DNA of 44,951 nucleotides from Spongospora subterranea f. sp. subterranea (Eukaryota): NCBI GenBank assembly GCA_049724395.1, contig JAUGWO010000129.1, positions 124,001 to 168,951 of the forward strand, read 5' to 3'. Shown piece by piece: positions 37,446 to 44,951 of this stretch (position 1 is its first letter; each line of letters starts with the position of its first letter). The notes under the pieces were generated by a model. It saw only the letters and a program-made list of their open reading frames with translations, ran no database searches and was not told where the DNA came from. The position numbers and the translations under genes were made by a program.

Positions 37446-39539
37446 TCACATATCTGGATTGGGTTCTGACCCGCCCCGTTTACTTCTATACGAGCTGTCC
37501 TTGAAAAATGACCTGATGGATTTCGATGCAGCGATTCCGACCTTGGACTGGGTGATACCGTTCGACAAGAAAACGATCGATTCCAGAAGCGACTCTTGCG
37601 CAGCGCGATCAGGACATGCATCGTAGGCGTTTAATAAACTTCGAAGAGTGGGATGTCGATCAATGATCGCTTTACATTTATATGAACTGATTCCGGCTAT
37701 GGACATGAGCATGTTGCCTATCGAGGTGATATGAGAACAGACGCATCTTGTCAATTCAAGCTATCTCCGATACCAAATCTTAGGGATTTGTCAGGAACAA
37801 ATGACTTAGCTAAGCGCTGGTTGAACCTTCCTAGCGGCTCTGCATCAGAAGGAATCCCATTCTGGGCAACTGAAAGAATAATCTGTTCGTGAACGCCATG
37901 CAGAAATCTGATTGAATTATCGATATCTTTCGTTCGATACACAAAAAATCCGTCTCTGACCTGAACATCAATTCTTATTTCGTACATGGCATCGACATTA
38001 AGTTGCCTTACTGTCATTTTAGATACGGCACTAATTAATGATCTAGGATCCATGACGTGGTTAGCATTTGATATCTCCTTCGAGCAAATACACAATCGGC
38101 ATCCCAGTTCTGTATAGGGTTGAGTATCTAGCACTAACATGACAAAAATGAATAAAAAGACCTTTTAAGTCGAAATTTTTGCTCTTCATATCTTGAGTCT
38201 CTGATACTTTCCGCAAAATCAGCCCCTTTTTTGCGCTCAATAATGGGTGGCAAAACTACACAGTTAGCCAAAGTAGTGTCCAAGGTTGGTCTTGCTACCC
38301 AGCAATAATCTCCAATAGCAAGATTATATCTTTCTGCTTTTAGGGCTCTTGAGTGAAATTCGTCAATAACTTTATTGGTTGCGTTACGAAACTATCCCTC
38401 TCATTAGATAAAAAAAGGGAGCAGAATGTCATGCATACCTGTTCTGCTGAGTCCACGATAAGGACGATCTACGAAACATTGAGAACCTTGTCAACCCAAA
38501 TATCATTACATCGCTCATACTTCAAAATTGGATGTAAAATTGCCAGGAACTTTCGATACAATGTTAGTCTCAATCGGAGAGAAGACGTTGAGGGAAGCAG
38601 TAACCTCGGGAGCTCTGGGGAGGGTGTTCCGCGAGCGCATTCTGGTTTTGCCAATCTCCCAGTAATCTCGTGGCAAGGATCCGACCCGTATCTGTCAACT
38701 GGTATCTGGATAAGCCTGTTAGATTCGCAGGTAATTAGACTACAATCTGACCTAGCAGGACTCCCCATCTTTGTAATCAACCCATTTGAAATCAACGTGG
38801 TAGAGCCAGACCATGCATTATAAAAATTCGATTCGTTTCCATTCACTTCGATTGCGGTGAAGCTTGATTCTGAAAATGGTTGAGCAGCTGTTATCAGTTC
38901 GCCTTTTCTATAGGAACGATCGTGCTGTGCCATTGCGACCAATATTGCATATGCTCCAGACTATTTCGCAATCAATAAAGAATTTGTCACTTAATACCAG
39001 ACTAACCATAAACCTCGGAATGTACTCTTTCGCTTTCTTTGTTCTTGCTCGTTTCGCAGGTGGATGGGATGCTTCTTCAACCGGCCCAGCTGCAAAACTT
39101 TTAGTAGGAGGAGGGGCCAACACTAACCCGTGATGCTTGATAATTTTCACAATCTTGCCAAGACATTAGGCCTATGTAAATAATTGCATCACAGACATAC
39201 CTCATTGCATAAATACACCCCAACGAATTTGAGCTTTTTCACATCATCGACAGATTTTAATGGAATTGGTGACTTTTGAATTGACGAAAGCGCCTAAGAG
39301 GAAGCAGCGCGTTGAAAACCCAAACAACAAGGTCGACCGTAGTGCAATACTTTCCAAAAGGTGCTAGTGATGTTTGCATTCGCTTCCGGGTTCTGCGAGT
39401 GAATCAACTCTAGAACGCCGGCTGCAATAAATTCATTGTATGGGCAAAAACAAACAACATCTTCTGCGTTGTCTTTCTTGGAGGAGGCGCTAGACTTTCC
39501 ACGGCCCCTTCTACCTCCTCGCCCACGCCCTGAGAACAT
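37446..39539 (-). CDS. MUS81: Crossover junction endonuclease MUS81
   Basis: N-terminal HhH (ALSSIQKSPIPLKS...LKFVG), winged helix (EYIPR...GAYAILVAM...YNAWSG..TLI..GLI) and C-terminal HhH pair (MLMSIAGIS...HPTLRSL). The ERCC4 nuclease exon at ~38163-38390, absent from the ORF track, reads LAIGDYCWVAR...IIERKKGADFAESIRDSRYEEQKFRLK. Confidence 0.93.
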
Positions 39540-39626
39540 TACCGTAGATGACAATCCACATTTAGGTCCGTAAATGGATGCTAATAATGTCACGGCATTT
39601 TTCGTGCGGTAAAAATGGAAAAAAAA

Positions 39627-39956
39627 TTGTCATAAAACAATCTGAAAAATCGAGTAATTTTGTCATGCCACCTGAAAAAGTTTCCGTTTTTGCTCATCGC
39701 ACTTTTTCACGCACTTTGTTTGAAACAAAACATAGCATCCTTGAAACAAAACATAGCATCCGAACATCAAAAAAGAGGGTTGCGCCGCTCGACTTTTTCC
39801 TCACTGTGAGGCCGCCAAATGGATAAATTTTTGAATTTTGTCATTGCAAGGGCACTCAGATGGATAATTTTGTCACCAAATCTATAGAAAATGGCACTAA
39901 TTTTGTCATTTCCACGGAGTTTTGCTAATTTTGTCAGATGGATAATACAATTGTCA
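39627..39956 (+). repeat. AT-rich segment with 7 dispersed (AATT)TTGTCA motifs and a 20-bp duplication
   Basis: TTGTCA at 39627, 39660, 39838, 39870, 39903, 39931 and 39951. TGAAACAAAACATAGCATCC occurs twice (39721, 39742) and ATGGATAA three times. Confidence 0.75.
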
Positions 39957-39964
39957 TCTACGGT

Positions 39965-40464
39965 ACAACATGACTGGGCTCAATGTATGGCCATAGGGCA
40001 TTACAACATGACTGGGATACTCGACTGACAATGTATGGCCATAGGGCATTACAACATGACTGGGATACTCGACTGACAATGTATGGCCATAGGGCATTAC
40101 AACATGACTGGGATACTCGACTGACAATGTATGGCCATAGGGCATTGCAACATGACTGGGATACTCGACTGACAATGTATGGCCATAGGGCATTACAACA
40201 TGACTGGGATACTCGACTGACAATGTATGGCCATAGGGCATTACAACATGACTGGGATACTCGACTGACAATGTATGGCCATAGGGCATTACAACATGAC
40301 TGGGATACTCGACTGACAATGTATGGCCATAGGGCATTACAACATGACTGGGCTACTCGACTGACAATGTATGGCCATAGGGCATTACAACATGACTGGG
40401 ATACTCGACTGACAAGACAATGTATGGCCATAGGGCATTACAAGATGACTGGGATACTCGACTG
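39965..40464 (+). repeat. 48-bp tandem repeat, ~10.5 near-identical copies, with an internal palindrome
   Basis: Unit ACAACATGACTGGGATACTCGACTGACAATGTATGGCCATAGGGCATT starts at 40003, 40051, 40099 and onward. The first copy has a 10-bp deletion, a late copy has a 5-bp duplication, and each contains TATGGCCATA. Confidence 0.98.
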
Positions 40465-40561
40465 CTCAGTGGCCGGGGATCACTGTGTGCCATTTCTAGC
40501 GTTGAGGGGCGTCTCGGACTTAAACTGATTGTCATTCTTCTATCTTGTCTCTTACCATCAA

Positions 40562-42751
40562 ATGACGACAGAAGCCGATGAAGAAACAATGGCGCAACTG
40601 GTCAATCTCAGCTTTGATATGACTACACTGCACCAATCTGTAAGGGCACAAGTTGCGGATGCGATGCTGATCAGACATATCTGCCGAGGTGCAGTTAGCG
40701 GGATACATCTGTCGGAGTCTGCCTTTGACATCCTGTATAAGCGTGTGGTTGACAAGCTGCGTCCTCGCCGTTCCAAAGACGATTTATTCAAGCTAGGTCC
40801 TTTTGTCAAGCAGGCATCAATAGAGGCCATCAATTACTCTCAACAGATACCTGGAAATATTGATGTCTATCGTGCCGTACTTCTATCCGAGTACGGTATC
40901 GTCCATGATCGAGTGTTTCGGGAACATGATCTATATTCCATGATGGATATGAAACATGATGTACCTGCTTTGATTGACGATCTTCTCAGCAAGGTCGATC
41001 ATCCTGTCGTTGAAGACCTGTCTCACATTGATATTGAAGCATTATTCGATCATTCCAATGATGAGTCCAGATGGATCTTGGCCGTCAATCTTGTGAAGTA
41101 TTTCGACATTTCCGTATTTGGGAAACCGGAAATACAATATCACGCCAGGTTATGGGATCCTCTCCTACGAGCATGTATGTGTGCATTCTTACCGTCCAAC
41201 ATTGCGTGTGAACTCGAGTTTCCTCTACACAAGGCACTTGTTGATTACCCTGTCCAGCATTATATTGATCTCGTCTTCAGAGTCAGGGGTCAAGACACCA
41301 AAGCGCATTCCATTCCCTTTCTGTTTGTTGAAATTTCTGCCCACCAGGTTGAAACTGGCGATCACAAAGACTTCCGAAAGATGGCAACCGACATGGCTTC
41401 AGCAATGATCGCATTATTTGGTGTCACCCGTGATTTGCCACTTCAAGAAAAAGCCAAATTACGTGTGTATGGGATTTATATTGGCGGAACACAGTTCGTA
41501 CCTTGTGTTATTGTTCCGTTAATCCAATCTGAAGGCGTGTCAATGATTTTTTACTCGAATCGGGAGTGGACGTATAACCTAGCGATGGGGTCCTCTCCGT
41601 CAAACAATATCACCGACGAGGCAGCGCCCGAAATTGACATTGATGTGTCAGATATCTTCGCTCTAGCTGATACGATGGACATCCGCGCTGCTAATAAGGC
41701 TGCGATCGCGGCGGCGAAGAGAGCCCATTCAATTTCGTTCCAACATGTTTCATATCAAGACATCGAAGAATCACTAACACCACTGTGGCAGTTTTGTAAG
41801 ACTGTTCGCCAGTATGCATGTGAGACGCATTCGAACATCTTGACGTCTGGTGGTGACAACGACATGTTCTCATACCCGAAAACGTTTCGGAATCCTCCAT
41901 CATCCAGACCAACACATTCATCTAGGACTCCGCAAAAGGACCCATCGATCCGACCTTGCAAGTTGCCGAGGGTGTCGGGGCCATCAGACATTGAAAGGAC
42001 GTCGTTGATCAACATGAAACTGCCCGACGGAGCCTCAGTGGTTGTAAAGCAGAAGCCCAAGAGCACACTGCAAGAAGCGCGTTTGCTTTTGCTGGCACAA
42101 GGGCCCGGCATCGTCGTCCTTCATGATTGGCACGAATTGCAGCCTCGAGGCGTTGTTCTCACTGAAGAAATGCTGGCAGATGTACTTGTGGAAGGTTTAT
42201 CGGTCAAGGAATTGGGTCTGTTGGCGATCCGATTGATGGTCGATGGTCTTATTGCTCTCGATACTCTTTCTCGTGCTGACGTTGTCCATCGTGATATCTC
42301 ACCAAATAACCTATTGTATTCTCTGTCTGCTCAGGCGTGGCGCTTAACTGATTTTGATTGTGCATCGAGTGGACCTGGAATCGCACACAGAGTGTTTGGG
42401 ACTGACGGGTACATTGCCCCCGAATCGCTCACATCGCTATCGTACTCGCGCGAATCGGATATTTGGAGCTTCGGTATGACAGCGAGGTTCTACTTGTTTC
42501 AAATCGAGGACGTGTACAGCAACATGTCTGAATATGATAGTGATTTGGGGGATCTACTGGCATTGCTGCAAGGCGCGACCTGTTTTCTCATGTCCGAACG
42601 TCCTGATGATCGTCATTTGCCGCAATCATTGCGTCAATTATTGTCAACACGACATTCGGAATGGAACATTGCTGTTCATAACATTGATAACCGGGTCATT
42701 GAGCCTCGCGACTTATCATCTGACATCCCTGTCATATCAGGAGAAGCTTAG
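40562..42751 (+). CDS. Intronless restriction-endonuclease-like domain + Ser/Thr protein kinase (Crinkler/CR-effector-like or FunK1-like)
   Basis: Kinase motifs VVVK, QEARLL, VVHRDISPNNLL, LTDFD, GTDGYIAPE and SDIWSFG. The central ELEF...YIDLVF...FLFVEIS...HKDFRKM...VYGI segment resembles a PD-(D/E)xK-type fold. First ATG at 40562. The kinase call is firm; the nuclease call is inference. Confidence 0.8.
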   Translation: MTTEADEETMAQLVNLSFDMTTLHQSVRAQVADAMLIRHICRGAVSGIHLSESAFDILYKRVVDKLRPRRSKDDLFKLGPFVKQASIEAINYSQQIPGNIDVYRAVLLSEYGIVHDRVFREHDLYSMMDMKHDVPALIDDLLSKVDHPVVEDLSHIDIEALFDHSNDESRWILAVNLVKYFDISVFGKPEIQYHARLWDPLLRACMCAFLPSNIACELEFPLHKALVDYPVQHYIDLVFRVRGQDTKAHSIPFLFVEISAHQVETGDHKDFRKMATDMASAMIALFGVTRDLPLQEKAKLRVYGIYIGGTQFVPCVIVPLIQSEGVSMIFYSNREWTYNLAMGSSPSNNITDEAAPEIDIDVSDIFALADTMDIRAANKAAIAAAKRAHSISFQHVSYQDIEESLTPLWQFCKTVRQYACETHSNILTSGGDNDMFSYPKTFRNPPSSRPTHSSRTPQKDPSIRPCKLPRVSGPSDIERTSLINMKLPDGASVVVKQKPKSTLQEARLLLLAQGPGIVVLHDWHELQPRGVVLTEEMLADVLVEGLSVKELGLLAIRLMVDGLIALDTLSRADVVHRDISPNNLLYSLSAQAWRLTDFDCASSGPGIAHRVFGTDGYIAPESLTSLSYSRESDIWSFGMTARFYLFQIEDVYSNMSEYDSDLGDLLALLQGATCFLMSERPDDRHLPQSLRQLLSTRHSEWNIAVHNIDNRVIEPRDLSSDIPVISGEA

Positions 42752-42842
42752 CCACAATACATTTCTGCAATTTATGTGAGTCATCTGGTGATTGTCTACA
42801 ACTGCTGTGTCTCCTGACATGTCACACAGGATGTCATGGGGT

Positions 42843-43560
42843 TTATATAGATGAAACTGAGCTAAGGCTTCCAATATTGTCAATCAATTCTCGGACCCGT
42901 CTAATAAATATTTTCCAGATACAGTACAACATTTTACATAGAAAGTCCACATTGGTAAAAGCCATCAATTTCAGATCGTAAGTAGTCGTGTTCATGGGTT
43001 CTGTCGAATATATCAAAGTCAGCATACGCCTCGGCATAAAGCGACACTTGGGCAGTCTACGAATATAGACATGAGATGATGCGAAACCGGTGAAGCGTTC
43101 GCACCTGCAGTGATACTGTCGTGAGGCGTTGCGACATGTCCATAGAGTATCAAAACATGGCCCCATTTTCTCGAACAGGATATCCTGCCTTCATGAACCT
43201 TGTCATGCAGTGCCGGTCTTTACCAAAGTCCATTTCCTTCCTCTCTACGAGCTTTTCGCGATAAAAGTGTTGTTGAATATGTCCAACCAGGGTTCGAACA
43301 TCCAACATTTCTTGATACAAAACACTGCATTCACTGACCAATGCGAAAGTATTTTTGATTTCCCACAGTTTTTGTATCACTCATTCGTCATATATCTACA
43401 GCCTCCATTCGACAAACTGCTTGACACGCCTATCGATGACAATCTGATTGACCATAAGACGTTTGGAGAGATGCCTGATAATGGTGATGGACACAGTGAT
43501 CAACGGCCAACCAGAGTTATTATATTGTCCTGAAGGTGACGACTCAAACTCCCGAACCTG
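42843..43560 (-). pseudogene. Decayed ORF of unknown family, with multiple in-frame stops
   Basis: One minus frame reads as protein through isolated stops: ...LMVNQIVIDRRVKQFVEWRL*IYDE*VIQKLWEIK...GAMF*YSMDMSQRL...CLYS*TAQVSLYAEAYADFDIFDR...SM*NVVLYLENIY*. Confidence 0.5.
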
Positions 43561-44352
43561 AGTTCAACGACTGATGTCGGAACCAATGAAGAATGAGGAC
43601 CCACATCTGAACCCCCAAACGTTATAATATTTCGAATATGATATACTAATACTTTCAGATCGCTACTAGAGAGGTTGGGGTGACTGGAGGAACCTTGGCA
43701 GAAAATGGACTATCTTGTAGCGCCAATACGTGTGACCAAATAGGTTGTCAACTACAGATCATTGGTTATTGTGCCCATTAGTACGACAAGGAATACCCCT
43801 AGTATAATGACACGACAGAATACTCTGTATATCAATCTGCGACTCCTCCCGCTTCGCATCCATCACCGTCGAACAAGTACGGCAATTCACGGTTCAGTAT
43901 CTTCACTTCAATGATCATTCGGTACAACATGACCGAATTGCACTGAAGCAAAACGCCAACAGCATCTGCGGGACTTAGATGACCTTATGGCATCTTGGCG
44001 TCCAAAACAATCCGCTGTACGAGATTCCTAGCTCCCCTCAATCGTCCCTCTGGCGTTATTGAGTTTTGTTTATCGAGCGAGGCTAAAGTTAACTGGCCTG
44101 AAAACGAAGGTGTTCGCGTTGCCAGAAGTGTCTCATAGATTGTCGGCCGTTGCAATACAGTAAAAATCTCTATTACAGTTGTCCCATATCAGCGCCCAAC
44201 CCTGACTTTGAGACCCTGTAGCCTTAGACCCTCGTCAAATCGATGTTATGGGTATTGGCGTAAAGCAGAGAGCTTCAAATGACGATTTAAAGCCAGGAAA
44301 ACTTGATGTAAAGAAGGGATCACAACTTTAAAGCGATAATCACATTACCGGT

Positions 44353-44951
44353 TTGCCAGAGTGTGATCCTGGCGCCATATCCCTACTGTACTCCTCGCCC
44401 TTTTTCCTGAAGAGCTGTTGTCGTCTAAGGACAACTGGCCTGGCGTCGGAGGTACAAGATCTGGCTGTCCTTCTCAAGGAAGGCCTGATCACAGATGTAG
44501 AGTACGAGAATATAAAGCGATCAGCACTCCTGCGCTTCAAGAAGGGCATTAGCCCCTGACGTTTGTGCCTCTACAACACCCACAGCGAAAGTGATTCAGG
44601 CTCCTACCGCTTCCTCACGTCCACAACCATTGAATCCTCGTTTGTCGTCGTCTGCCAGTAGGAAACAACTGAAAATTTTGTTCAAAGCCCTGATTGTGTT
44701 TGAACGCTTCGTCGAATTCTAAGGCTGAAACAACGACATCTCAAACATGAATACACCGATACTTTGTGCCAGGAACAATTACCTCAAGGACGACTGGGAA
44801 GGTCAATGTTCCAAGATTATCCCACAGCTCCCTGTTGATGATCTCACATGCTCAACGTGCAACGGACGATGCAAGCATTTGTACAGCACATGAGAACCAA
44901 GGAATCCATTCATTGACCGGTCCCTGAAAACCAAGAGTTGGTAATGCTCGT
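44353..44951 (+). pseudogene. Decayed gene or TE fragment with a SHOCT-like helix and a possible Zn-finger remnant
   Basis: LAVLLKEGLITDVEYENIKRSALL fits the SHOCT pattern (LxxxGxITxxEY...K..LL). Downstream CSTC and, after a frame change, FVQHMRTKESIH could form a C2H2 finger. The region is interrupted by stops. Confidence 0.35.

Noticed and set aside
39965..40464. CRISPR array
   Set aside because: Units are contiguous and near-identical with no unique spacers; there are no cas genes and the context is eukaryotic.
39954..40528. Repeat-peptide ORFs as real CDS
   Set aside because: Open frames follow from a 48-bp stop-poor unit; there is no signal peptide, processing site or other coding evidence.

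Overview
Gene-dense eukaryotic DNA with many short (about 48-60 nt) GT-AG introns. It looks like a compact-genome protist, possibly plasmodiophorid-like; the taxon is inference only. In order, the window holds: a bubblegum-type long-chain acyl-CoA ligase (3' end off-window); a 41-bp G-rich tandem array; a decayed pogo-like DDE transposase; an RPEL+Kelch gene directly downstream of a formin; and a small TFIIIC-subunit-6-like gene. Next comes a ~15-kb run of six intron-poor type II membrane glycan-modifying genes (fucosyltransferase-like, three with GT61-like domains, GT47/RXYLT1-like, SGNH acyltransferase-like), then a large CCDC17-like gene and MUS81. The final accessory region has a near-perfect palindrome-bearing 48-bp array just upstream of an intronless restriction-endonuclease-like + kinase (Crinkler-type) ORF, followed by decayed ORFs. 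The best candidates for an undescribed system are the glycan-modification cluster, the array + nuclease-kinase module, and the RPEL-Kelch/formin pair. All family calls come from motif recognition by eye; no database searches were run.
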